A stretch of DNA of 64,000 nucleotides from Candidatus Sumerlaeota bacterium. GTDB taxonomy: Bacteria > Sumerlaeota > Sumerlaeia > Sumerlaeales > Sumerlaeaceae. Below the pieces are notes generated by a model, which saw only the letters and a list, made by a program, of their open reading frames with translations, was not told the DNA's origin and ran no database searches. Position numbers and translations under genes: made by a program. The stretch spans positions 196,945 through 260,944 of the forward strand of contig JADFCV010000001.1 in assembly GCA_017161655.1 (NCBI GenBank), written 5' to 3'. Position 1 is the stretch's first letter. Each line of letters starts with the position of its first letter. Positions 37,518 to 47,482 of the stretch are shown piece after piece.

Positions 37518-39881
37518 CTATTTGTTCCGTTTTCGCAAATTCTCCCGAAGCTGAGCCATCGCCTCATGCGCTTCTTTTGGCAGGTTTACCCCGCCGTATT
37601 TGAATCCATAATACCACACGGTAATGTCATGGAATGGGCGCAGTGGTTCAGTCTTCGCTACACGGGTCGCGAATTCGAGAGGTGTTTCTGATGGCTCGCG
37701 AATGTATCCGCGCCGACGCAAAGCAGAGAGAATTTCTGCATAGAAACGTGGAATCTCGTGAGACCGTCGAACGTGCAGTCCGCGCCTGCCCCGAGAGCGG
37801 CGGTGAAGGCGTCGCCGCAAAATCACGACAAGTACGATAAGCAAAAACAGTATAGCAACACCTGCTACAAGAGCATTTCCTGCGGTAGCAAGCTCTTCGG
37901 TGATGCTTCCTGCGCCGCTCTCAAAACGCAGGGAGCCCAGCGTGTCACCAATTGCGAAAACTGCCGCAAACACGCCGTGCGCCACGAGTCGCTGATCCTG
38001 AATCGAAAAATCAATCACCGCTCGGTACCAACGCATCTTCAGCGCGTCGTAGTATCGAGTGAAGGCTAACAAGATTGGGTTCATGTTCACAGGACGTTGC
38101 AATGCCCCCGGCGGTGTTGGATCGAACGTCATCCATCCATAACCATCGAAGAAAACCTCTACCCACGAGTGAGCATCGCGCTGCCGCACCGTAAACATGC
38201 CGGCTAGGTTGTTCCATTCCGTGCTGTAGTAACCGTTCACCACACGGCATGGAATCTCCAGTGCGCGTAGCAACATCGCCATGGCGGTCGCATAATACTC
38301 GCAGTGCCCTCGGCGACTTTCGAAAAGGAAATGTTCGACAGGATTCTTCGTGCCGGGATCGGCTAACTCCAAGGAGTATTGGTAGTTTCGCCGCAAGTAA
38401 GACTCGATTGCCAACGCTTGCTCATACGGATTCTTGGCACCACGTGTGATTTCCCTGGCGAGTTGCAGCAGCGCGTTTTTGTTGAGCTCTTCCGGGATGC
38501 GCAAGCATGCCTCGCGATAAGGTGGAAAAAGATAATCGGGTGTCACGCGTGTCGCCGCAACGTCAGCTGGGTAATGGCGGAAGTGTCGCCTTGTTTGCTG
38601 GGAATCGTTTGATGGTGTTAACTTCTCTGCCACCAATTCGAATTCACGGCTTATGATTCGAAACGCAGCCGCAACTGGATCCGAAGTCGCTTGATCAGTG
38701 CGCGAGCTCTGGGCCTGAGCCACAGTCCGACGCTGCCTGCTTGAGGGGCGGCTATAGTGCTCTGGATCATCGCGGCTCTCGAGGTCCTCAATCCGCGACA
38801 CAACTGTGTAATGAAGTTCTTTTGTTGGCGGATATGGTAACCAAGCCACACCCGCAGAATGATCAACTAATACCGCTTGCTGAAAATCGAACGATAATAG
38901 ATTGAATGGGAACGTTTCACCAAAGAGAAACTTGGAGGTGTTGGCCGGTTGGATGATCATGCTTTTCCGGAGTGGATATGGCCGCAAGCAAAACATCCCG
39001 AAAGGCTCACGATAGCTTGCCCAGGAGGTCCGCTGCCATCGCTTGCCATCAAATGTGTCGAGTGCCACGCCGCGGAGACGTACCGCTGAGGGATGCTGCA
39101 CCTCGTCTAATGGCTTCACGTAGAGGGCCACGCTTGTGTCGAGTTGAATAGTACCAACCTTTCCCAACTCTATGTTCTCGTCGAAAGCAGAGGACATCTC
39201 AGATGGCGGTGGAGGGCCAAGTGTTTGCAAGACCCGTCGCGTTGAAAGACGAGGAACGAGCACAAAGAAGACCACACTCAGCGCGAGGATGATGGCCCCA
39301 AGAACGAGTGTAGGCCTCAGGAGGGAGCCACCGGTCTGTTCTTCAGTAACTGCCTGAATCAGCTCAAGGTCAGAAGTTCTTCTCAGAGGTGGACTTGTCT
39401 CCCGAGCAGCGCGAGTGCGCTTTAGAGCACGTAAGACTGTGACCAAGCTCGAATGCAGCAGGAGGGAGCGAACAAGCAAGAGCAAGTAGCCAAGAAAAGC
39501 GAGGCCGAATGCGGGAGATGTGGTTAGCAAAGCTGCTGCAAAAACCTGAAAAAAGCTAACAACGTAAATTGAATAAGCGTCGGATAACCGCCTGAACGAA
39601 AGTAACCTTATGCACTGAAGAGAGATGAAAAAGTAGACAGTGGCGTTCAGAAGATTCTGGCGCACCACAGGCATGAGCCGGACAAACACAAGGAGAACGG
39701 CGAGGTCCCAAATCCACCAGGGGACTCTCCGTAATGGGCGACGCAAAAGATAAGCGAGAGGCGGTAGGGCGAGAGCACTCGCCATGAGTGAAAGCCTGAT
39801 TTCTCCAGTTGTGGCCAGAGTGAGTGTGGACCAGAGGGCAAGGAGCGAGATGGACAGTTGAAACCGATCCCAGAGATTCAT
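37518..39881 (-). CDS. TgpA-like membrane transglutaminase-family protein (DUF3488 + TG + DUF4129-like)
   Basis: Multi-TM N-terminus, LRGVALDTFDGKRW, triad GHCEYYA / AHSWVE / FDPT, C-terminal ETPLEFA. Confidence 0.9.
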   Translation of the reverse strand: MNLWDRFQLSISLLALWSTLTLATTGEIRLSLMASALALPPLAYLLRRPLRRVPWWIWDLAVLLVFVRLMPVVRQNLLNATVYFFISLQCIRLLSFRRLSDAYSIYVVSFFQVFAAALLTTSPAFGLAFLGYLLLLVRSLLLHSSLVTVLRALKRTRAARETSPPLRRTSDLELIQAVTEEQTGGSLLRPTLVLGAIILALSVVFFVLVPRLSTRRVLQTLGPPPPSEMSSAFDENIELGKVGTIQLDTSVALYVKPLDEVQHPSAVRLRGVALDTFDGKRWQRTSWASYREPFGMFCLRPYPLRKSMIIQPANTSKFLFGETFPFNLLSFDFQQAVLVDHSAGVAWLPYPPTKELHYTVVSRIEDLESRDDPEHYSRPSSRQRRTVAQAQSSRTDQATSDPVAAAFRIISREFELVAEKLTPSNDSQQTRRHFRHYPADVAATRVTPDYLFPPYREACLRIPEELNKNALLQLAREITRGAKNPYEQALAIESYLRRNYQYSLELADPGTKNPVEHFLFESRRGHCEYYATAMAMLLRALEIPCRVVNGYYSTEWNNLAGMFTVRQRDAHSWVEVFFDGYGWMTFDPTPPGALQRPVNMNPILLAFTRYYDALKMRWYRAVIDFSIQDQRLVAHGVFAAVFAIGDTLGSLRFESGAGSITEELATAGNALVAGVAILFLLIVLVVILRRRLHRRSRGRRGLHVRRSHEIPRFYAEILSALRRRGYIREPSETPLEFATRVAKTEPLRPFHDITVWYYGFKYGGVNLPKEAHEAMAQLRENLRKRNK

Positions 39882-41068
39882 GAAGAAACGCTCCTGATGA
39901 GATCCGTCCCCCTAATTTGCCAGTCGCGCGCATCCACTTTTGCAGCGACGAGGTCCGAAGGTAAATGCCCCTCATCATTCGAGTAGGTAAGCACGAAAAC
40001 TCTACAATCACGGATGTGTGGCATCGTTGGAAGGCGTGACGACTCAGTGCCAATTTCCACGAGTGCCAAGGCGCGCAAGAGCCTTTCGACGTGCTGCTCG
40101 CCGCCTGCAGGCTCGACGAATGATGAGTCGGTGAGCAGTCCCACATCATACCCAGTCTTGATCAAATACGCAGAGAAGGAGGCTGCGACGATCACAGCGT
40201 GCTCAAAATCATTCAGGAGTTCGTCGCTGACGTGCCGGGCTGTAGTGGGGAGGTAGAGAATAACTCGTTGGCGTTCTTCATGTTCAAACTCGGTGACCAT
40301 AAGCTTTTGCGCGCGTGCGGTCGTGCGCCAGTGGATTCTTTTTGCTGGTTCTCCCTGAACATATTCCCGCAGGCCGTAGAGGTCCCCGCTTCCCCCACGG
40401 CGGACTGCTGCCAGGTCCCCATCAAGCCCCAAGAGAGTGAAAAGGGGTTCGGAAATTTGAAAAATCGGGGGCAGAACGAGCACATCCGCAGGTGCTGGAA
40501 CATGCAAAGATCTCTCGATAAAACCAAAAGGGAATCGCGAGCGCACAACGACTTCATGAAATGTCACGACCCCTCGGCGCTTGAACAACGGATGCAGGGT
40601 CGGGTAAGCTGAGACTTTATTTCCTCGAGCGGGTACGTGCAGAACGGGACAGCTTCCCACCACCTGAGGTGATCCCTGCCGGCTTGCGTAGTCTTCCGCG
40701 AGAAGAGAGTGTGCCCCCCACCAGCGGCGCCGGTTCTCGATTTCTATGAAAATCTGTTCGCACGACCCAGCAACAACCCTGCGCGGCAGTCGTCGTCGAA
40801 CCTGCAAATGATCTAAATTGCGAGGAGAAACGATGCCATGCGCAAGGAACGCCGAAGCCAGAAAGGAAAAGAGGTAATACACAAGGTTTGTGCCAGAGTT
40901 GATCGCCCCGTAGCCAACGACGAGAATGAGCAGGAGCATGGCAGCGCCTGGTGCGGTCAGCCAATAGCGCCTCGTTGGCCGCAGGCTCGTCCGCTGTGAG
41001 AAAAGGCGCTTGTCTCTCCAGTGCTGACGTAGTGCTGTGAAGAGTCTTGCTGTAGTTCGTGCTTTCAT
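39878..41068 (-). CDS. DUF58 family protein
   Basis: GAINSGTNL, SRFPFG, GLREYVQGE...IHWRTTAR...VTEFE, LRALA. Confidence 0.9.
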   Translation of the reverse strand: MKARTTARLFTALRQHWRDKRLFSQRTSLRPTRRYWLTAPGAAMLLLILVVGYGAINSGTNLVYYLFSFLASAFLAHGIVSPRNLDHLQVRRRLPRRVVAGSCEQIFIEIENRRRWWGAHSLLAEDYASRQGSPQVVGSCPVLHVPARGNKVSAYPTLHPLFKRRGVVTFHEVVVRSRFPFGFIERSLHVPAPADVLVLPPIFQISEPLFTLLGLDGDLAAVRRGGSGDLYGLREYVQGEPAKRIHWRTTARAQKLMVTEFEHEERQRVILYLPTTARHVSDELLNDFEHAVIVAASFSAYLIKTGYDVGLLTDSSFVEPAGGEQHVERLLRALALVEIGTESSRLPTMPHIRDCRVFVLTYSNDEGHLPSDLVAAKVDARDWQIRGTDLIRSVSS

Positions 41069-41172
41069 TTGCTTAGGGCACGTCCCAGAAGTGGAACGTG
41101 CTAAAGAAAGAATACGTTGCGCACTGCAATTCTACTCGCTAACGGCGACGTTGCTAAGGGAGTCTTGAAAGC

Positions 41173-43128
41173 ATGCCAAAGTTTGTTGTGAAAAGCGGTC
41201 CCCACGCCGGCAGAGAAATCGAAATGGTAGGGGAGCGGCTACTGTTTGGTCGCAATGATGATTGCGACGTGGTCATTGCCGACCCAGACGTCTCGCGCAA
41301 TCATGCCCAAGCCCTGAACTTGGATGGCATGGTTATTCTTTACGATCTTAACAGCTCCAATGGCACGTTTGTGAACGATGTCCCGATTTCTCGGACCTTC
41401 CTCATGAATGGCGATGAGGTCCGGATTGGAAACACCACTTTCAAGTTCATTGCAGAACCGTCTTCCTACCCAAGTTCACCTCGGGACGCGGTTGCTTCTC
41501 TGACAATTGCCCCAGAGAGCTTGCCGTCGAATGAAGTGCTCGATCAAAACACCCGTATGCTGAGCTTCCCGCGCGAGGGTGTCGAGAGTGCCATTCTAAA
41601 AGACGTCTATCTCAAACTCAAAACGCTGTACCGAGTATTTCTCGAGATTTCGCAAAGCGAGACGCTCAAAGACATAGGGGAGGCACTTGGGCGGGCAGCT
41701 CTCCTTGCGCTAGGTGTCGAACGCCTCTCGCTATATTTCCGCGACGACACGGCTCATGGATGGACGTGTTTTTATACTCACCTCTCCACCACGGCCAAAG
41801 CAAAAAGTCAGGCCTTGCCGCCTCTGTCTTCAAGTCTGTTGGATGCTACAGCGGCCCAGGCAGATCCCCTTTACGGGAGATGGGAAAATGGGGCTAGCCT
41901 CGAAATCGGTGCCTCAGAAAAAGCAGACTTGTTGGCAATTCCCATTAGCCGGAACAAACATGTGGTGGGGATTCTTGTCGCTGATAACCCGGTCTCTCAC
42001 GATACGATCTCAAAAGATGACGCGGATTTCCTTTTCACTCTTGTTCTCCATCTCGTGGTGCGTCTGCGTCAGATCGAGCAAGTCGATCACTTACGTCAGG
42101 AGAATCTCGAGCTTCGCCAGCGTAGCGGTGATGACTATGCCATTGTCACGCAGGACGAGCGCATGAAGCGTGTGATGAGTCTGACCATGCGCGCTGCGGA
42201 GCGCGACTGTCCGGTGCTTATAACGGGTGAAACGGGAACGGGAAAAGAGCTGATTGCCAGATCCCTCCACAATTACTCACCACGTCGCAATAAGCCATTT
42301 GTCGCTGTGAACTGTGCTGCTTTGCCTGACACTCTGCTCGAGAGCGAGTTGTTCGGCCACGAAAAGGGTGCTTTCACAGGGGCTGTTGAGCGACGCATCG
42401 GCAAGTTTGAGCTGGCCGATGGCGGAACACTCTTTCTCGATGAAATCGGCGACATGAGTCCCAGCGCTCAGGCCAAGCTCCTGAGGGTTCTCCAGGAAGG
42501 CGAAATTCAGCGCCTCGGCAGCAATAAAATTATCAAGGTCAACGTGCGCGTCGTTGCGGCAACGAACAAGACGCTGGAGCAAGAAGTCGAGAAAGGGAAC
42601 TTTCGTCAGGACCTTTACTACCGGATACGAGTCCTCGAACTCGTTCTGCCCCCGCTTCGTGAGCGTCGCTCAGACATTCCTGTGTTGGCTCAGTACTTCC
42701 TCGAGCAGCTCCGCCATCGATTCCCAACGCCGGTAAAAACGATTCATCCTGACACGATGCAATGCCTGCTAGCCTATCACTATCCTGGCAATGTCAGGGA
42801 ATTGCGGAATATCATAGAGCGAGCACTGGTGCTCGCTACGGGCGAAGTTCTCCTGCCAGAGCATTTACCTGCAGAAGTACTTGAGGCCGCGAAGCTTGCG
42901 GAGCCCCCTACATCGGCGAGTGAGAGACCGTCGCAGGCCGCACAAAGAGCCTCGAGTAATCTGTCACTTGCGGATATTGAGCGCGATCATATTCTTCGAG
43001 TTCTCGAGATGGTTCAGGGCAACAAAGTAAAAGCCGCATCAATTCTGGGTATAAGTCGAACAACGCTCTATGAGAAGCTCAAAGAATACGGAATCGAAGG
43101 CAAAGCCCGTGACGAGTCCCTCGAATGA
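41173..43128 (+). CDS. Sigma-54 enhancer-binding protein with FHA and GAF-like input domains
   Basis: FHA (FGR...VSRNHA...SSNGTFVN), GAF-like middle, [37 protein letters not shown]. Confidence 0.93.
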   Translation: MPKFVVKSGPHAGREIEMVGERLLFGRNDDCDVVIADPDVSRNHAQALNLDGMVILYDLNSSNGTFVNDVPISRTFLMNGDEVRIGNTTFKFIAEPSSYPSSPRDAVASLTIAPESLPSNEVLDQNTRMLSFPREGVESAILKDVYLKLKTLYRVFLEISQSETLKDIGEALGRAALLALGVERLSLYFRDDTAHGWTCFYTHLSTTAKAKSQALPPLSSSLLDATAAQADPLYGRWENGASLEIGASEKADLLAIPISRNKHVVGILVADNPVSHDTISKDDADFLFTLVLHLVVRLRQIEQVDHLRQENLELRQRSGDDYAIVTQDERMKRVMSLTMRAAERDCPVLITGETGTGKELIARSLHNYSPRRNKPFVAVNCAALPDTLLESELFGHEKGAFTGAVERRIGKFELADGGTLFLDEIGDMSPSAQAKLLRVLQEGEIQRLGSNKIIKVNVRVVAATNKTLEQEVEKGNFRQDLYYRIRVLELVLPPLRERRSDIPVLAQYFLEQLRHRFPTPVKTIHPDTMQCLLAYHYPGNVRELRNIIERALVLATGEVLLPEHLPAEVLEAAKLAEPPTSASERPSQAAQRASSNLSLADIERDHILRVLEMVQGNKVKAASILGISRTTLYEKLKEYGIEGKARDESLE

Positions 43129-43984
43129 ACAGTTGCAACGCGGTGACCAGCAGAGGACGCCGCGACCAGGGCCTGCTGCCGTCCTGGCTTTTCTCGACAT
43201 CGTCTTGAGTGGTTATCTTCTCTACTGGGCTGTATTTGTTTTGAAAAATCGAGCCCTTGGGATACTAACACATCCACCGGTGCTCTTTGCCGTTTTCATG
43301 CCTGCGCTTTTTGCCTGGCGAGCTTATTATCCTACAGATCCGCTTACGGCCCTCCTGGGGCGTGTGGCTCGCTCCGCAGCTGCGCTCTCTCTAGCTGCCC
43401 TTGCCCTCTCCTTAGCACTTGCGCTACGGCATGAGTTTCAGGCGTTTCCTGCCGGGGAAGTCATTCGGGCTGTTGCCACAGGGGGCATCACAAGCTTTAT
43501 CTGTGCGCAGGCACTGCGCCACGTATTTCAATGTCTTTTATTTGAACCTTCACCCAGGAGTTTCTGTCCTTCGCTTAAAGTGCCGCTCTGGCTTGGCACA
43601 ATTCATTTGTTTGGAACCTTGCTCATAGCTTTCTTGGTGATAGCCGGCTCCTACAGCGCCTTGATTTATGGCCCGCGCGCCGGAAGCTCTTTTCTCGCCG
43701 TTCACGCAGCCGTTTCGCCAATAGCGTTCGCCATTGAATCGCTTGCCCTGGTTTTAGCTGTAGGAGGCGTCCCCTTCTTGCGCTGGATCGTGGGGACGAG
43801 AGAACGATCGGTTTGCCCCGCTGTCGTTCCAGTCATTCTTATTGGCTTGAGTTGGGGAATCCTTGGTGCTGCTTGGGGCTGGCGCGCTTACGGCTTCGAG
43901 TTGTTCACCTATGTTGTTGGGCTTTGGTTACTGGCGAATTGCATGCCTGCGTTTCTCCGATGGCGTAAGGGATCTCGTGCCTAA
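43109..43984 (+). CDS. Hypothetical polytopic membrane protein
   Basis: About 8 hydrophobic segments; fills the gap between two confident genes; start uncertain. Confidence 0.6.
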   Translation: MTSPSNEQLQRGDQQRTPRPGPAAVLAFLDIVLSGYLLYWAVFVLKNRALGILTHPPVLFAVFMPALFAWRAYYPTDPLTALLGRVARSAAALSLAALALSLALALRHEFQAFPAGEVIRAVATGGITSFICAQALRHVFQCLLFEPSPRSFCPSLKVPLWLGTIHLFGTLLIAFLVIAGSYSALIYGPRAGSSFLAVHAAVSPIAFAIESLALVLAVGGVPFLRWIVGTRERSVCPAVVPVILIGLSWGILGAAWGWRAYGFELFTYVVGLWLLANCMPAFLRWRKGSRA

Positions 43985-43989
43985 ATGGT

Positions 43990-44616
43990 CTAATCGAATT
44001 GCAGCGAGCGTGCCCAAGCCGGAGGCAAATTCCAAAGAACGAGCTTCTGGTTTACCTGGTGATGGGAAATGAGCTTTTTGAGAACCTGTTCCACCGCGTG
44101 CACACGCTCTCGCTCACTTTTTGACGAAACTAGCCGCTTCAACCAACGAATTCCTGCGTATTCGAAAAAGTTCACGGTCCCTCGGGGCAGGAGAAGCGCC
44201 TCAAATTTTGCAAAGATCATTTGAACAGTCTCAGGCAGAAAATTGTTAAAGGGCAGACCGCACACAATGTGGTGGAACGAGCTTGTCATGGCGAGTTCCT
44301 CCACTGGCTTGCAAAGAATCTGCGTGCTGTTAGCCCACGGCGCGAATTCTGGATCCGTAGCAAAACGGTGCTCAAGATACGCGACGAAATTTGGGTTGAT
44401 TTCACAGAGGGTAAGGGAGTCCCCCGGATGTAACTGCTCTAAGATGCCGCGCGTGAGGGCGCCCGTGCCTGGACCAACCTCCAGAATCCGCATTGGACCT
44501 TGATGTGGACGACTTCGGAGGGGGGCCGCAAGAGCACGAGCTAGCGAGCGTGAGCTAGGCGCAATGGCCCCTACATGATGATAATCGCGCAGCGTCTGAG
44601 CAAGAAATCTCAGCAT
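43990..44616 (-). CDS. SAM-dependent lipid N-methyltransferase (PmtA/OlsG-like)
   Basis: VGAIAPSS..LA, ILEVGPGTG, VCGLPF, NLPPA pattern. Confidence 0.8.
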   Translation of the reverse strand: MLRFLAQTLRDYHHVGAIAPSSRSLARALAAPLRSRPHQGPMRILEVGPGTGALTRGILEQLHPGDSLTLCEINPNFVAYLEHRFATDPEFAPWANSTQILCKPVEELAMTSSFHHIVCGLPFNNFLPETVQMIFAKFEALLLPRGTVNFFEYAGIRWLKRLVSSKSERERVHAVEQVLKKLISHHQVNQKLVLWNLPPAWARSLQFD

Positions 44617-44747
44617 CGTTATTTATCCATTATGAGTTTGCGCTGCTAAACGTCCGCCTGCCAAAGGGACGATGCAAGATGGAACACACGCAGGGGGGCG
44701 AATCTTTACGACAGGGTTAGGTAAATAGTAATGAAAATAAGCGAAAG

Positions 44748-45108
44748 GGGGGCGTAACGGTTTCGACGGGGATCGTTGTGGGAGTGGCTGCAAGCCGAGG
44801 CGCACGGCCTCGTAAGCAACCGTGCAACTGCAAAATTAACTGCAGACCAAGAACTCGCACTCGCTGCCTAATTTAGGCTAGCGCGTTTGCCCCGTTGTCG
44901 CCTGCGCGACGGGAGCAGACGTCGAGAAGGCAGGCTCGCCACTCTGGTGTGGCCCGCACCAGAGGGCTAAACCCTACGGGCTGGCCAGGGCAGAAAGCCC
45001 GCCGAAAGGCGTTCTGCCCAGGGCGACAAACCAAAATTTCGGCTAAGCTTGTAGAGGCCGCTCTGGCAAGGTCTTCGGACGTGGGTTCGACTCCCACCGC
45101 CTCCACCA
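44748..45108 (+). ncRNA. ssrA: tmRNA; tag reading frame 44842-44871 encodes ADQELALAA*
   Basis: 5' GGGGGCG...TTCGAC; 3' GACGTGGGTTCGACTCCCACCGCCTCCACCA with a G3.U acceptor-stem pair and encoded CCA; tag ending ALAA-stop. Confidence 0.97.
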
Positions 45109-45208
45109 ACCCGCAGGCGAATTCCAGGCGTAAAGCAGCTTTTGGTAGTTGCTTCCTTCATAACTTTTTCTTGCCGCGCATCGTTGGGAAGCGGAACCTG
45201 AGTTTGAT

Positions 45209-45901
45209 ATGATTCCACTGCGCGACGTTAATCGTACTCGTCATGTTCCCTGGATGGTATGGCTGCTTATCTTGACGTGCGTGTTAGCCTTTCTGCAGGA
45301 GATTGCTCTACCTGCCCCTCTTCTCGAGCGCTTCATCTACCTTTTTGGGTTTGTTCCGCGGCGTCTCACTGATCCCTTGTGGGCACAACGGGCTGGGTTT
45401 CCCCCGGGTGGCTTCTATACCATTTTTACCAGCATGTTTCTCCACGGTAGCTTCGCCCATCTCCTGTTCAACATGTGGACGCTCGCCGTGTTTGGCGACA
45501 ACGTAGAGGATAGAATGGGCCCCATCCGCTTTCTTCTATTTTATCTCTGCTCCGGCGTTGCAGCCGCGATAGCCCACCTTGTTTTCAACCCCACATCAAC
45601 ACTGCCAACGGTAGGTGCTTCGGGCGCTATTGCGGGGGTTCTGGGTGCTTATATGTTTTTGTTTCCACACGCCCGCGTTGTCACTTTTGTCCCAATACTG
45701 TTTATGCCCTATTTCATCGAGGTTCCAGCTGCCTTTTTTCTGGCGATGTGGTTCATGATCCAGTTATTGAGTGGATGGACGTCGCTCTTTCTTCCGCCCA
45801 ATGTTGGAGGGGTGGCCTGGTGGGCGCACATTGGCGGGTTCCTGTGCGGCGCGCTCGTTTTCCCTTTCTTCTTGCGTCGCGATCGTTCCGGCGGCTGGTG
45901 A
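45209..45901 (+). CDS. Rhomboid family intramembrane serine protease
   Basis: MIPLRD start, SMFLH...[20 protein letters not shown]. Confidence 0.93.
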   Translation: MIPLRDVNRTRHVPWMVWLLILTCVLAFLQEIALPAPLLERFIYLFGFVPRRLTDPLWAQRAGFPPGGFYTIFTSMFLHGSFAHLLFNMWTLAVFGDNVEDRMGPIRFLLFYLCSGVAAAIAHLVFNPTSTLPTVGASGAIAGVLGAYMFLFPHARVVTFVPILFMPYFIEVPAAFFLAMWFMIQLLSGWTSLFLPPNVGGVAWWAHIGGFLCGALVFPFFLRRDRSGGW

Positions 45902-45977
45902 TGCGTTCGGGCTTGAATCGTTTCCCACATATAGTGATAAAACTTACCGCCATACTGAGAGAAAACGAGGAACGAAC

Positions 45978-46724
45978 ATGTCTGGACATTCTAAATGGCA
46001 TTCGATCAAGCACAAGAAAGCTGCGGTCGATGCCAAACGTGGAAAGATTTTTACTCGTATCATTCGAGAAATCACCATCGCTGCACGCCTAGGCGGTGGT
46101 GATCCGGAAAGTAATCCGCGCCTGCGTACGGCAATTGCAGCAGCCAGGGACGTTAACATGCCCATGAAGAACATCGAGAACGCCATCAAGCGCGGTACGG
46201 GGGAAATCGAAGGCGCCACTTACGAAGAGGTTGTGTATGAGGGTTACGGACCGGGCGGTGTGGCCATCATGGTTGAAGCAACCACAGATAACCGTAACCG
46301 AACGACTGCAGAGATTCGCCATCTTTTCAGCAAGTATAACGGTAGCCTCGGTGCTGTGGGATGTGTTTCATACCTCTTTTCCAAAAAGGGCATCATAACG
46401 GTTAACAAGGAAAGCATTGAGGAGGACCGCCTGCTAGAAGCTGCCTTGGAAGCCGGGGCAGAAGACGTGAAAACGGAAGATGAGGGCTACCAGGTCATCA
46501 CCGACCAAGGGCAGCTTCAGGTGGTACGTGAAGGTTTGGAGAAAGCAGGAGTGAAGGTCGAACGCGCCGAGGTTGTGAACATTCCCTCGACGACAAAGCG
46601 AGTTGAGGGGCGTGATGCCGAGACGTTGCTCAAGTTGCTCGATGCCCTTGAAGAACACGACGACGTGCAATCGGTGAGCAGCAATTTCGAAATGAGCGAC
46701 GAACTCCTCGAACAATTCAAGTAG
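45978..46724 (+). CDS. yebC: YebC/PmpR family protein
   Basis: [45 protein letters not shown] before ATG at 45978. Confidence 0.96.
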   Translation: MSGHSKWHSIKHKKAAVDAKRGKIFTRIIREITIAARLGGGDPESNPRLRTAIAAARDVNMPMKNIENAIKRGTGEIEGATYEEVVYEGYGPGGVAIMVEATTDNRNRTTAEIRHLFSKYNGSLGAVGCVSYLFSKKGIITVNKESIEEDRLLEAALEAGAEDVKTEDEGYQVITDQGQLQVVREGLEKAGVKVERAEVVNIPSTTKRVEGRDAETLLKLLDALEEHDDVQSVSSNFEMSDELLEQFK

Positions 46725-46736
46725 AAGGCGGTCACA

Positions 46737-47018
46737 ATGCGGCTACGACCAGAAAAGGTGGATTACCTGGCTAATAAAATCACTGACGAGCTGAAAAAGC
46801 TGAAATCGGTGAAGTTCAAAGCGCCGGCAGAGCAAATCGCCGGGACAATCCGCCGTGTCATCCTGCACGATCTTCAGCGTGAGGACGAGATTGAGAAGGA
46901 GGCTGAGGAACTGCTTCGTCAGCATCGGCAAAAGATTGAGTTCAACAACCTGAGCTATAATACGCTGCTGTACAAGGCGAAGCAGGAAATCGCTCGGCGC
47001 CGTAAAATCGTTTTGTAG
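46737..47018 (+). CDS. DUF507 family protein (copy 1)
   Basis: MRL...DYLA..I...L, E.EIE.EA, K.EIARRRKIVL. Confidence 0.8.
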   Translation: MRLRPEKVDYLANKITDELKKLKSVKFKAPAEQIAGTIRRVILHDLQREDEIEKEAEELLRQHRQKIEFNNLSYNTLLYKAKQEIARRRKIVL

Positions 47019-47110
47019 TGCGGCCGCATCGGCCCACGCGATAGAAGGATGATCGAGGATGAGGGTGTTGGTCACCTCGGCGCCCACAGGACACAAGAAA
47101 GGGGCATCGT

Positions 47111-47392
47111 ATGCGACTGTCAGAAAAACGGATACAGTTTATCGCGACGCAAATTGTGGAGGAGCTGCTCGGGCACGATGAGATCTCCTATACGGGCAGT
47201 CGGCTTGCTCTTGAGACAGAGATCGCTCGCATCATCTCGGAGGACCTTCGGATTGAGGATGAGATCGACCAGGAAGTCGTCGAGATGATTTCGAAAATGA
47301 AGCGAAACATTCCGCAAGGTAGTGCCGAGTGGGACGCGATCTATCAGGAAAAGAAAGCCGAAATCGCCCGTCGGCGAAACTATATTTATTAA
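47111..47392 (+). CDS. DUF507 family protein (copy 2)
   Basis: MRLSE.RI..IA, EDEIDQEV, GS.EWD..Y, EIARRR; visibly paralogous to the upstream gene. Confidence 0.8.
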   Translation: MRLSEKRIQFIATQIVEELLGHDEISYTGSRLALETEIARIISEDLRIEDEIDQEVVEMISKMKRNIPQGSAEWDAIYQEKKAEIARRRNYIY

Positions 47393-47482
47393 TCCCTGGT
47401 AAGCCGTCGCCAGTGTGGCCGACGACGGGCACTGACGGTTATCTCTTATCACATTATTATACCGGAAAGGAGCCTTTTCAGC

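Noticed and set aside
45109..45208. Integrative element at the tmRNA 3' end
   Set aside because: I saw no integrase and no duplicated 3' end; only a small hairpin, then the rhomboid gene.
44873..45218. Short ORFs over the tmRNA
   Set aside because: They are explained by the ssrA gene.
47393..47482. BirA operator upstream of bioU
   Set aside because: No TGTxAAC-N-GTTxACA inverted repeat is present, only a GC-rich imperfect hairpin.
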